Shown: positions 1 through 11,663 of the stretch, one piece after another
Position numbering within the stretch: position 1 is the first letter of the stretch
Layout: each line of letters begins with the position of its first letter
Assembly: GCA_051362555.1 (NCBI GenBank)
Contig: CM120640.1
Location: 2,976,001 to 3,040,000, forward strand
Source of the DNA: Lingula anatina
Taxonomy: Eukaryota > Animalia > Brachiopoda
Length of the DNA: 64,000 nt
Reading direction: 5' to 3'
The notes under the pieces: generated by a model
Seen by the model: the letters and a program-made list of their open reading frames with translations, nothing else
The model's database searches: none
What the model was told of the DNA's origin: nothing
Made by a program: the position numbers and the translations under genes

Positions 1-367
1 TATGTTATATATTTTTTATCAATATTGTGTGGTAAGCTGCATTGTCCACTTAAAGGTCGTTGCTTGTGGATGTGGAGATAAATCTATCGTAACATTTCAT
101 TGGCAATTGTCTTCCTATGTTACATTTCAGTTGAATTTAAGGTAGACTTGCACAGTGTTATGTTCACCACATTTTAATTCTTGTTCCAAATTCATGGAAT
201 ATTTCTTAGCAAACTTTTGCTTATGATCAACCACAGGTACTAGGGGTGATATTAGGTAATGGTTTTGAGGTCAGTCTGAAACACAAAGCTGCCACATCTT
301 GCACAGCTTTATGCATGTGATCACACGTAAGGGGAAGCACTGTCATAATGTTTTTTTTCCCTTTCAG

Positions 368-561
368 ATGCTCCTCCACATGCTGGCCCTCCGCCCCCCG
401 GACACCCAGGGGCACCCCCTCCAGGACACCCCTACTCAGGGCACCCCCCACCAGGACAAGGGGGCCCTCCACCAGGCCATTCAGCCCCCCCGGCACCACA
501 TGTGAACCCAGCCTTCTTCCCCCCAGGACAGGCACCGCCCCACCCACAGGGAGGACCTGCG
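368..561 (+). CDS. CPSF6: CPSF6 (CFIm 68 kDa subunit) internal exon, Pro-rich domain; upstream exons (RRM) lie before the window
   Basis: ttttcccttttcag-type acceptor ends at 367 and donor GCG|gtaagg starts at 562. Translates to APPHAGPPPPGHPGAPPPGHPYSGHPPPGQGGPPPGHSAPPAPHVNPAFFPPGQAPPHPQGGPA. PAPHVNPAFFP is the hallmark CPSF6/7 motif. In-window join 368-561,2984-3093,3987-4117,4466-4613,5414-5627 keeps phase throughout. Confidence 0.93.
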
Positions 562-573
562 GTAAGGAGAGAC

Positions 574-607
<34 letters not shown>

Positions 608-695
608 TTTACCTGTGTATGTGTGCGAGAGAGAAAAGTTTTTGTGTGTATGTGTGCAAAAGAGAGAGAGAGAGTGTGTGTGTGTGTGTGTGTGC
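574..695. repeat. compound (TG)n/(GA)n microsatellite at start of CPSF6 intron
   Basis: Directly visible alternating TG and GA runs. Confidence 0.9.
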
Positions 696-1326
696 GTAAA
701 AGCGAGAAATTGTGTGTGGTTAAAATTCAGTTTAGAATTTTTCTGTACATCTGAAAATATAGTATAATTGTGTGATTACAAGAACTCTGTTGTTCATGAG
801 ATGGATATTAATTACTGTAATGACTTGGATTTTTTCAATGAGGGGAAAATGATATATCTGAAAGATTAATAATTTTTGCCAATTCATAAGATCATTACCA
901 TTCCTGGAGATCTCTACATACACATGTAGGTTATTCTTTGTTCCCTGCCTGACATGACAAACATAGCTCTCTCACAGGTGGTTGTGACATGTTACAGCAT
1001 GCCTTTGTTATAACAACAGTATAAATAGGAATTTCAGAATTCGATGTTATTGTGATTATTTTGTTGCTGTAAAACAGTTGGAAAAGCTCTTCAGGGTTGC
1101 TAAGCAATGTGACAAAAATTTAACTATGATTCTCATAAGTGTGCATGTATTGTATAATGAAAATAGAAATTGATAGTTTTAAAACTGTGCCCTGAAACAC
1201 TTAATGGTGATGCAATCTAGGAAGTACTGAATGCTTTTTTATTTTTTACTTGATTTGAGAGCTTATGTTACCCTAAGGAGTAATTTTTAAAACTTGTATG
1301 ATGGCAATATCAAAAGTAAAGGTAAA

Positions 1327-1880
1327 TACCCCATTCACACTACGCTCAGTTATCCGGATAAGTTGCGAATTAGGTCACAATTCGAATAAATGCAGTAGTG
1401 TGAACGCAAGAGGATTTCTGTATTGCGCATTTTCAAAATCCTGCAAGCGAGGTGGATTTCTAAGCACGATCCGGATAACTTACCGGAATCGACACCTGTA
1501 CAGATCTTACTGCGCATGTGTGCAGATAAGTGCGGGTATCTATGAACGCTTGTTTATTACTTTAGCGATTGCACCAAACATATTTGGAGGTCACCACTCA
1601 CTACAACATGAGGAAACAAACTTATCTTGCCATCTTATGCTTCCCAAGAATGCTGGCATGTCTTTTTGAGATACATTTGCCGTCACATTTTTTTGTTGGC
1701 ATTTTGAGTTTTCCTGTGCGGAGCATGCGCAAATGTTCAAAACAGGAAGTTAAACCTGAAATTTTCAACATGGGATTCGGTTTCGCTTCGCGAGTGTGAA
1801 CACAATACCGAATCGGATTCCTCACGAAAAATCCAAATTATAGAAATGCGCATTTTTGCAACTGTAGTGTGAATGGGGTA
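1327..1880. mobile_element. non-autonomous DNA transposon (PIF/Harbinger-like MITE), about 550 bp
   Basis: Terminal inverted repeat TACCCCATTCACACTAC (1327-1343) / GTAGTGTGAATGGGGTA (1864-1880), flanked by AAA/TAA. Internal copies of AGTGTGAA. CpG-rich relative to the surrounding intron. Confidence 0.8.
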
Positions 1881-2129
1881 TAAGACATCTTGTTGCTTCC
1901 TGAACTTAAACTGAACTCAGACTTTTCTAAAAGTTTATTTCACACTCAGTAAGTTCATAGCTGTGAAGAAAAACATCTCTATGTTTGCTGTTGTTGTTAT
2001 AGAAACCATAGCAGGTGGATGTAATTTTAGCATTTCTAGAAAAGCACTCGGAGGGGGTCACCGCCTGCGAAGTTTAAGGGTAAAATCTAATTGATTCTGA
2101 GTGAGGTTGTTAAACAACAAACTAGCTAA

Positions 2130-2617
2130 TACAAAAAATAAGATTGTGATGGTAATAAAAGTGTGAAAAAGTGAGATAAGTTATAAATAGTAAGAACTAA
2201 CGTTACTCCTTGTAATAACAGGATAGGCAAATGAGTTTTACTGACGTCTAGATGCAGTCTCTTTCTAATTGAGAATGGCATTTTGCAGATTTCTTCAATC
2301 TCATGTATAGGTGCAAAAGGTGTGTGTGTGTGTGACAGAGAGAGAGAGAACCTAGGTGTATAGCTTGGTAGACATGACCAGCATGCCTTTCATGTGAATG
2401 TTGATCCAAATTCTCTTATACAAAAACATAAGATTGCGGTGGTAATAAAGGTGTGAAAAAGTCAGACAAGTTATTAACAGTAAGAATTAATATTACTCAT
2501 TGTCATAACAGGATAAGCAAGTGAGTTTTATTGATGTCTGGTTGCAGTCTCTTTCTAATTGAGAATGGCATTTTGCAGATTTCTTGTATCTCCTGTTTAG
2601 GGGAAAAACGTGTATGT

Positions 2618-2684
<67 letters not shown>

Positions 2685-2744
2685 CCCAGATGGTCAGCTT
2701 GGTAGACATGCCTTTTATGTGAATTTTGATCAGAGTTCTCTTAT
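2130..2744. repeat. diverged tandem duplication, two units of about 290-325 bp, each with a TG/GA microsatellite
   Basis: Unit 1 about 2130-2418 and unit 2 about 2419-2744 share e.g. TGCAGTCTCTTTCTAATTGAGAATGGCATTTTGCAGATTTCTT and AGCTTGGTAGACATG. Confidence 0.9.
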
Positions 2745-2983
2745 TGACAGTGATGGACAAATTTTTGCCAAGATGTTTGCTTGTTATTTAAAATATTTTA
2801 ATCATCATCATAAAATGACATCATGAAATAACAACTTGGAACTAGACCTCTACAAATTATGTATTTTTTCAATTCCAGGTCACTGAATTATTAAACACAC
2901 ACCCACACACAAAAAAATTATAAATATATAATCATCTCCTAGACCCTTATTGGGTAAGCACATGTATATATCTGGTGTTTCAG

Positions 2984-3093
2984 CCCCCTCATTCCCAGCC
3001 ACATGATCCATACGGTCGTCCCCCAGTGTCCTACCCCTCGGACCCCGCATACAGACCGTCAGAGCCAGCTTTCAGGCCTTCTCCACAAGAGAG
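2984..3093 (+). CDS. CPSF6: CPSF6 exon
   Basis: tggtgtttcag acceptor, AG|gtgagt donor. Translates to PPHSQPHDPYGRPPVSYPSDPAYRPSEPAFRPSPQE; DPYGRPP is a recalled CPSF6 motif. Phases 0/2 fit neighbours. Confidence 0.88.
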
Positions 3094-3122
3094 GTGAGTG
3101 TCTGAGGACATGCATCTCATTA

Positions 3123-3294
3123 CAGGGGCAGATCCAAAGATATTTTTTCTGACAGTCTTCCAACTTATCTTTGATCCATCCTCCATGAATCATTTACTGT
3201 TTTCCGACAGCAAAAAATAGTTACCTATCAATGTAAACTTTAAAAATCTGACCGTCTTCTGGAAGACCCAGAAGACAGCCTCAATCTGCCCCTG
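3123..3294 (+). mobile_element. 172-bp MITE with CAGGGGC(A/G)GAT termini and 5-bp TSD
   Basis: TIR CAGGGGCAGAT / ATCTGCCCCTG with CATTA on both sides (3118-3122, 3295-3299). A second copy lies in reverse orientation at 53012-53178. Confidence 0.88.
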
Positions 3295-3986
3295 CATTAT
3301 GAATATGCTTGAGTATTTAATTTCCTTTATTTGTAAAGATGTCACTTGCTATACTGAAGGGTATTTAGTATCGCTAGTTCATTGAATATAAAACTTGTTT
3401 ATTTTATCCGTCTTCAATTGTAAAGATGCTCTGTGTGATATCAGTGAGAATGTTATAATTTTTTCATCAGCATTTGATTGTCAAAGGGCCACTCCATGGG
3501 ATTTTCCCACCAAAATGATTTTTAAAAGTTGTCTCCACATGTTGAAAATCCCCCACGTGTCCTGGAAAACTTTACATTTCCCAATTCAGACCTTTAAGAC
3601 AATAAAACCCCTTTTAAAATAAAGTTTACCTGAAGTGCACCTTGTGTAGTTATTATTTTCTAAGCTTCCTTGGGAAGCCATAACCAGCTTGCAAGGTCTA
3701 TATTATACATGCCACAAGGATGAGATAAAACACCCAGTCATTTACTTGTCTGAAAAAAGAAGCAGGGATGGGTCAAGCAATAATTTGTGAGTGGGAGAAA
3801 ACTGCTTTTTTCCCAGGAATATTCATTTTGGCTGGAAAATCCCACGGAGTGGCCCTTTAATACATTGATAATAGATATAGGTGAATTTTGATTTGATTTT
3901 TTGCTGTAGGACATCAATTACATGTTTCTTATTTACATATAAATAAAGTTACCTCACTTCCATTGCCTTAAAAAAAACTATTTCAG

Positions 3987-4117
3987 ACCCCCAGCAAGTC
4001 AGAGACATGAGCCCCCGGCACCTCAGCTTAATGAGCAGGAGTTTGAAGAAATTCTCGCCCGTAACAAGACAGTTTCAAGCAGTGCCATTTCCAGAGCAGT
4101 GCAAGATGCTAGTGCAG
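3987..4117 (+). CDS. CPSF6: CPSF6 exon (ends at GC donor)
   Basis: tatttcag acceptor. Translates to PPASQRHEPPAPQLNEQEFEEILARNKTVSSSAISRAVQDASA, matching CPSF6 EFEEI.RN...SSSAISRAV.DASAG. Donor CAG|GCAAGT. Confidence 0.93.
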
Positions 4118-4465
4118 GCAAGTTACCTTACTAACTTCACGCTGTCAATTGCACGGAGATTAAAAGTTTAGGTTCACAGTTCACGTACACTGAGCAAGAA
4201 ACTTAATGCCCCACACAATACTTAAAAAAAGGAAAAGGTTATCAGTGAATTTTGATGTTTAATATGACCCAAAAAGAATTTTGTTGTTCATTGTTATCCA
4301 GATTACTGTACGATTATTAGGCAACATCAGCTTATTTACATGTAACATGAAAATTGGGGTGTTTATATTTTTGCTCATTGTATTTTGTGGCATGCAGCAA
4401 CTCCCTCCTATTTTTAATTGCCAGAATAGTACTTGGATGTCATTCACTGTTTTTTTATTCTGCAG

Positions 4466-4613
4466 GAGAGTATGCGAGTGCTATAGAAACCTTGGTGACT
4501 GCCATTTCCCTGATCAAACAGTCGAAGATTGCTAACGATGACAGGTGCAAAATACTGATCAGTTCACTTCAGGATACGCTGCATGGTATTGAGGCCAAGT
4601 CCTACGGTTCCAA
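4466..4613 (+). CDS. CPSF6: CPSF6 exon (conserved helical region)
   Basis: ttttttattctgcag acceptor, AA|gtaagt donor. Translates to [49 protein letters not shown], nearly identical to the recalled vertebrate CPSF6 segment. Confidence 0.96.
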
Positions 4614-5413
4614 GTAAGTTGAATTGCGATATCCATATTCCTAATTCTGTTGATTAGCATTTCAAATCCCAAGTAGAAGAACATGTTTAATCGACCCCAG
4701 CAGGGTATGATTACTGCATATTTTTGTTTTTGAGGAAAATTTGAGAGACTTCATGAAACCTATTCTCTTCATGTAATAACGAAGTAAAACTTTTAAGTCA
4801 CAGTAATCCTGATTTTAAAAATGTGTGCAGTAAAAACGGAAAGAGGAATTACTTGTGTCAAGAAGCATATTAAATTAAACATTTTTAGTGAAGGTGGTAA
4901 TGAGGCTGCCTCATGTTTCACCCCATTGGTTTCCTGTTGCTGCCCTCTGAAGTTCCAAATAATTGTACTGACGGAATAGTTGTACCGCCTGGAAAATTCT
5001 CGTCAAAATTGACAATTGCACCAGCTTTATCTATTCAAATATTCCTATTTCATGAAAGCTGACTCTTCCTTCTGTCTCTCCCAAAATATTTATCTTCCAA
5101 CTAATACTTTATTATTTTCTAACTGGAACTTAAAAGTGCCTAATAAATGTACTTGGAAAATTGATGAACATAAGGGCTGAAAAGGGACATACTTCTTGGA
5201 AAAAGTCTTGAAAAAAAAACATTATTTAGAACTTCTGAGAAATCAATTTGTGTTGTTCTGTTTGTCTATTAAAATATCATATTTAGTTTTGCACAATGAA
5301 TATTTTTAAACTCCTAGACTATTTTATTATTTCCCTCTAGTTAGGACAAACTGATTAGAGGAGCTTTTAATAATTTTAGTTTTGAAAATAAAGAGTTTTA
5401 AATTATGTTACAG

Positions 5414-5627
5414 GGAACGCAGCAGCACATCTAAGGAGCGCAGGTCAAGATCTAGATCACGAGATCGCGACAGAGACCGTGATAAGCGCAGTCGCCATAG
5501 AAGCAGAGAGAGAGAATACAGGGAGAGGAGCCGAGATCGCAGTACCAGTCACTACGATGAGAGGCACCGTGAGAGAGAGCCAGATAGAGAGAGGGACAGG
5601 GAATATCGCAGAAGTTCTCGTCACTGA
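5414..5627 (+). CDS. CPSF6: CPSF6 last coding exon, RS/RD/RE domain and stop
   Basis: ttacag acceptor; ERSSTSKERRSRSRSRDRDRDRDKRSRHRSREREYRERSRDR...EYRRSSRH then TGA. A donor GAG|gtaaga follows 12 nt after the stop. Confidence 0.94.
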
Positions 5628-7233
5628 GTGGAAAGAGAGGTAAGAAAGTGAAACATTGTTTTAAGATCTTTTAAAAATGGGATGCAATTTAAATATTTAA
5701 ATAAATCTCCATAGATGAGATTTAAAAATTGTTTATAAATGGGATGCTATTTAAATATTTGATTAGATCCCCAAAGATAAGATGGGTAAGTACAATTGTT
5801 ACATACATTTGAGCAGTATTTCTTATTTCCTATTGTTTTAAAAGTGACTATGGATAACAGGTAAATGTTCTTGGTGTTGCTAAACTATGAGAGTGAAATT
5901 GTTCAGTGCACAGAATTGTCACATTTCAATTTTTACTTTTTATATCAAACCCTCACAAACATGCATAACATTGTGATATTCATAGTTCCAGGATTGAAAA
6001 AGAACTCTTTTGTTAAGCACAGCCTTTTTAACCCAACTGATTAAGATTTATTTCAGGACTATTAATGGGATTGATGCTTGAGATTTTAGTTTGCCACCAA
6101 GCAGTTTTATCAAAGATTTGAAAAGTGGCAGTTTCATTTGGTGAATTTCATTTTTGTCTTAATGAGCAAGCTCATGGAGTCCTCACCCAGTAAGGGGAAT
6201 GGGGGAGGAATTTTTTGGGGGAGGGGGGTCATATATAAACAGTTTTTTCATCATACACCCAATACTGTTTTTATAGTATGAGAATAATAAAATGGTTTTT
6301 AGTCTCATATATGTGATTTGGCCTTTGGCAACAAAATATATCATTTATATTTTAATAAACATGCACCTTGTTTATGTACATTTTTTTCACAGCTTTATTG
6401 CTTTTGAACATAAATCTTCTCTCAGATGTGCTTAGTTTGTTATCATTGTTATCCAAGTCTTGTCCAAAACTTTTATCATCAAAATATCTCCGCAAAAGAT
6501 GTTTGTGTGTGCTTGAACCAGAGGCTGCAAGTTAAAATTTTTTTGTTTCAGTCCACGCCATATATTTTCCCCCCAAAATGCCCCTATCCCCACCCTGGGA
6601 CCCCTACCCCCACACTGGGACCCTATTCAGTATATTTATGTTTAAATGCAAATAACAAGTTGCACAAATTGCCAAAATGGAAAGGTTGGAATTTGATTTA
6701 CAAACACAAAGTCAGTTTTTGTCTTATGGCTAAAAACAAAAACCAGAAATGTATTCACAGGGAAGTTATATGTAGCATTCTGATAAAAAAAGTTATTTTT
6801 TTAGACAAAATTATCCCTTATTTTTTTTATATGAAAATTTGATGTACCAGTATGTTAATACATTTATATGTCAGATTTATAGTTATGTATCATAATAATG
6901 TCTTATATGTCATCATTTATTTATTTATTTTATTACTTCTAATCTGTTATATACATTTGTGTAAGAGTTAACACATGGATGGTGGTCACTGCCCCTGTCA
7001 GTATTTTATATATAATATACTTGGGTTTCAGTATGGATATGATCAGTGCACGTTATATTGATGCAATGATTGTTGTTCCTGGCTATTGTCTGTGTTGTTT
7101 TGACACATTAAATCAAACCGAGTTTGGAAAACAATGACTAGATTAATTTTACATTCAAAATTAAATTTATAAAAATTTTGTTTGTTTCAATTTTTCTGTA
7201 CCTGGGTGAAAAATGGTGGTCACCTTTAATGTT

Positions 7234-7264
7234 GCTTAACTTGTGTATTTTCTCTTTCTTATAG
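7234..7264 (+). other. strong 3' splice acceptor, candidate start (7265) of CPSF6 non-coding terminal exon
   Basis: Branch-like GCTTAAC, pyrimidine tract tattttctctttctt, then ATAG|G. Would pair with the donor at 5640. Confidence 0.5.
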
Positions 7265-10200
7265 GCCTGTCATACATGTCATATTCCCTGCAGTCAATGT
7301 ATATAATATCTACAACGTGTAGCCAAGAGAGCACCTGCTTATATTTCATTATTAGAAAGAATTATTAAGAGTTTTATATAGAGAGAAAATGAGCTAGACT
7401 CTGTTGTAACAATTTTTAAGGATGACCATGTAGTGTGCTGTATCTGTGAAAAAAAAAACTATTATTCTGTAAATGATCAAAGGTTTGGAAATTTACGAAG
7501 ACTGGAGGAAAAGGAAAAGACAGAAAGAATGAAGATAAACATTGGAAAAGAAGAGGATTATGGACCAAGGAAGCAAGGAAAGATTGGGATTTTAGATCAC
7601 TAAATATTTCTTTTAATTATTCAATTTTTGTGAAAGAATTGACATAGTAAATAGATGTTAGTAAAACTGTGTTCTTGTTTCTTTAAAAAAAAAATGATGA
7701 TTATAATTGACTTGTGTTGTCCTTGTTGCCGATTTTGAGATTTTAAAAATCTTTTACTATTGATTTGGGAGAAAATATCAAAAGCTGTGAACTGGAAGTG
7801 ACCCGACTTCTGCTACAGTTATGAGTAATTGTGAACAGTTTGCAGTCCCATTACTAACAAATATGAAAGGATGAAACTGGGTTGAATATTGATTCTGTAA
7901 TTACTGGTGTTTTGTAAATCATGTGTTGAGAATGGGCACCAATTAAAATCTAAAAAACCGAAGGTAACTGGTTATGATATTAACCTAAAAGTATTTGGTG
8001 TATATGAAACCTTTTCAAAACATGACGTATGAAAATAAGTTGAACAATTGCTAATGAGCTGGGGATAGTGCGTTTAATATTCAGCGTAGAAGCAAAAAGA
8101 GTAATAACTGTACTTCTGCCATGATACATGTATCACGTCATCACAGTTAGTCTTTAGCAACCCCCGACTGCATGCATTATTCAATTGCAAGCACTTACTG
8201 CACTTATTTGTACGTATATGATGTTTGTTCACTATGTATGTGAAATGTATGTCTTTGATAAATATGTGTTGAACAGGTTTGATGGTAAAGATGAAGGTAA
8301 CTATCCAGATATTTTTATCCTCGTCTTCTTGGCTAAATGTGTCCCTCTTAAACCAGTTACTGAAACAATTTGAAACCAGCTGTTTTAGGCAGATCCAAAA
8401 AACCAACACTATAGGTTTTTCTTAGGTTCATGAGATTTCAGTAAAAAAGGTTAAGAATGGTAAACCTATGTTTCAAGAATTGCAAAAGGTAAAGCTTACT
8501 TTATGGGTCTTTACAATAGTATTGAGGTAATGTAACTATATTAATTTTAAAAAGGGAGATAGAATGTTTTCATTTTTTCTCTGAAGTGTATGACTTTGCA
8601 GCATTGATGTAACTTTTTGTGATTACAGAGTTGCAGGAGTGTTTTCTACAGTCTAATATGATTCTCTTCCTTGAAAAGTAAAAGGCTTCTTTTGACTTCG
8701 GAAGAGTGCTTTACCTTTATTCACGATTTTTATAACCTATTTGTCATGGATTCCTGAAGAAGTAGGGATTAACAGTAAGTTGTTATTCTAAGAGTTAATA
8801 CTATTTTATAATGTGGAATCCCAGTTTGGGCAATTAATGATGCACAAAATTGAAAAATGTTTCTATTAAAAATGGATGCAATTAAGAAACGACAGTTCCC
8901 ACACAGTTGAATGAAAGTGATACATAGTTTTATCTATCAAGTTTATTATTTTAGGAAGACATTAGAAATATGTGCTTTGTATCCCATTAAATTTATTTCC
9001 AATTGTGATATATGGACCAAAGGTTTTTAATTGATAAAAAAGACAATCTCTAAATAATAACTTGCAAGTTGAATTTGATATGTTACATTCTTCCATAGAA
9101 AATGCATGTTAGTTATCTCAGTAAGATAAGGTATGAAAAAGTGAGGAACATAATAGTCTGTATTCAAATCCTTGAGGAGTATTTCCCTGAAAATGGGATT
9201 TTGGTAGCTGTGTAATGTTGCTTGACTAGAGAAAGGATTATGTTTGAAAAGTAATCCATGTAGCCTTTGATCTCTCTTCTAGCATTTTTATAGAATTTAT
9301 TTCTGTACACTGGGGTTAGCTATCTTGGGATTTGCTTGTCTGTTCAGACAAATTATAATATCTAAAAGTACATTTCAAAACAATTTTCTTGATTTTTAAT
9401 GTTTTCCTTTATCCTTCAGTTCTGTTGTTTAGAAAATGATTCAATTTTATTTGACTTAACTACTTCTCTAATCATTTTCTTTTATTGATTTTTTTAGCTA
9501 TTGGGAAGTATTGGGGTTAGTTTTGTTCTATAAGATGAGATTTCAGTTGGTATTTTAAGCATAAGTTTTGCTCAAAAATTTATCATAATAAATATGGTCT
9601 TTTTTACATAGGTAGATAGGATTGCACAGTTATTTTTATATCAAATATTTTATATTTTTTTCTAAAAAATGTTTTATTAAGTGAAATTTTACCATATATT
9701 TTTTTTATTTTTAGATATGAAGTGAGCATCTATTTCAAAGCATGTCGTTCTGTTTAAGTTTTGTTAACAACATATCTGCTAGTTGTGATTATGGTAATAT
9801 TTTGTGCGGCATTTTCTTCATCACCTTTTAAAAAAATGAAAATGACAATTGCCTCAAATACAGTACAGTTATGATTTTTCATTGCTGTGGTACATGTTAT
9901 GAATAATCTTTTCAGCAATTTTCTCCCAGGTTGCTTTGGTTAGGGATGACAGCCCGTATTTTATTAACTTGTACTTGTTTGTTTATTTATTTGTGGCATT
10001 TAAGGTAGATCGTAAAGCCATTCTTTTAGTGTGCAATTCATATGCATGATACATTACATGAGAACGATTTGAAGTGAATAAGATTTATTGGTATGAAAGA
10101 AAATTTGAGATTCCTCCTACAAGAGTTCTTAATAATTTGTTTAATGTATCATTATGCAATATTGAAATTAGTATCCTAAAGTTATCACAATCCCACAATA

Positions 10201-11167
10201 CTTAACACCTGATTATTTTTACCAGTATGTCTTTCATCTACATAATGGAGACAGAACTTACAAATAGTGCATGAAATATTGTGTTTATTGTGTAAATGTG
10301 TAGCAAATGCAACTGTTATAGAACATTTTCAATCTTTTGTTCTGTTAACAGAATCAAGTATATTTATCATATAGTTTCATAAATTATGATTGTTTTTTGA
10401 TGGAGTTTCCCCTAGCATTTAATTGTGCTAGTGAAAATCATAATCTTTGTGACAATATAGTAAACGATGGCTATAAAGTAGACAAAATCAGTCAGTATAC
10501 AATGTATAGCATCTTGGTTGCCCTTGGTTGTTATAAAATTTGGGAAGATCTGTAAATTTTCTTGGGGGACTTCCATCAGTAGGCATTTAACATCACTGGT
10601 ACAGAGTGACCCACCCTTAAAATTTGCTGTGCTTTATTTTCATCATTATAGTTCATTCATAAAAGCACTTGTATTTCATCATTGTTTAACAGACATGGGG
10701 AAATCTATGGAGATACTGAAGGCCCAGAGGACCTGCACTACAAAAAATCTTCAGGAACTAAGAGTTATTTCTGTTAGTCTATGTTTACATGTGATTTATT
10801 ATGATGTGTTGTATTTTCACATAAATCTCGCAGGTCCTCTGACATTTCAAGTGATCCTGTCCTGCCACATATATGCAGTTTCCCCATGTCTGTAGTGTGT
10901 ATGTATTGGTAACTTGGCTATATGTTTATATATTGTATATTGCTCTTCATGACTTCTGCCCCTTTGACTAGAACTATATTTGGAACACAAGTAACTGGTG
11001 TGGCTATTGTAGCCTTCAACTTGTGAATGGGTTACCTTATAAGTTATATATGAAGCAAGAGTGGATGATGCATATGGACCACTTGAAACTGAAACTTCAT
11101 CAAATTTCTGGTCATAAACTTGACCTGTTTATACTTCTCTCCAGTTTGTTTGTCTGTCAGTGACATA

Positions 11168-11381
11168 GGGTGCATTCCCATAGATTTTAGATCGATCTAT
11201 CCCCGTGGGGAGTCTCACTAAATTACTGTCATATAATCCGGCTTAAATGTACGTCCTGCCTACTACAAGCTGTAAGAGGGTAATTAACTTTTGTGCTCGC
11301 TCGGCTGACAGCTATTTAGCGTGAACCCCCAGGGAGTTAGGTCAATCTAGTCGGATCGATCTAATCTCTGGAAATGGGGTC
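11168..11381 (+). mobile_element. Harbinger-like MITE (family A)
   Basis: Imperfect TIRs GGGTGCATTCCCATAGAT..AGATCGATCTA / ..GATCGATCTAATCTCTGGAAATGGGGTC with ATA on both flanks. Homologous to 25539-25763 and 11417-11663. Confidence 0.85.
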
Positions 11382-11416
11382 ATAGTAATGTATGATGCAT
11401 TAATGCTGTGCAATAA

Positions 11417-11663
11417 GACTGGATTCCCATGCCTAGATCAATTCATTTGGATCGCTCTAACTCCCTGGGGAGTCTCACTAAATTGCTATCAGCTTAACCA
11501 GCTTAAATGTCTGTCATACCTACCGAATCAGCTAGGGCGTAAAGATAATTACCCCCTAACAGCTTTACTAGGTGTGACAGACATTAACTTGGTTAAGTTT
11601 ATAGCAATTTAGTGAGACTCCCCAGGGAGATAGATCGATCCAAATATCTGTCGGAATGGTCCC
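11417..11663. mobile_element. near-palindromic Harbinger-like MITE (family A relative)
   Basis: TAA TSD on both sides (11414-11416, 11664-11666). Arms of about 110 bp include CTCCCTGGGGAGTCTCACTAAATTGCTAT / ATAGCAATTTAGTGAGACTCCCCAGGGAG. Confidence 0.88.

Noticed and set aside
227-767. ORFs 227-547, 299-505 and 348-767
   Set aside because: Shadow frames of the GC-rich CPSF6 exon plus microsatellite read-through.
1298-1825. ORFs inside the 1327-1880 element as a transposase
   Set aside because: No recognisable DDE or Myb motifs; the element is too short and non-autonomous.
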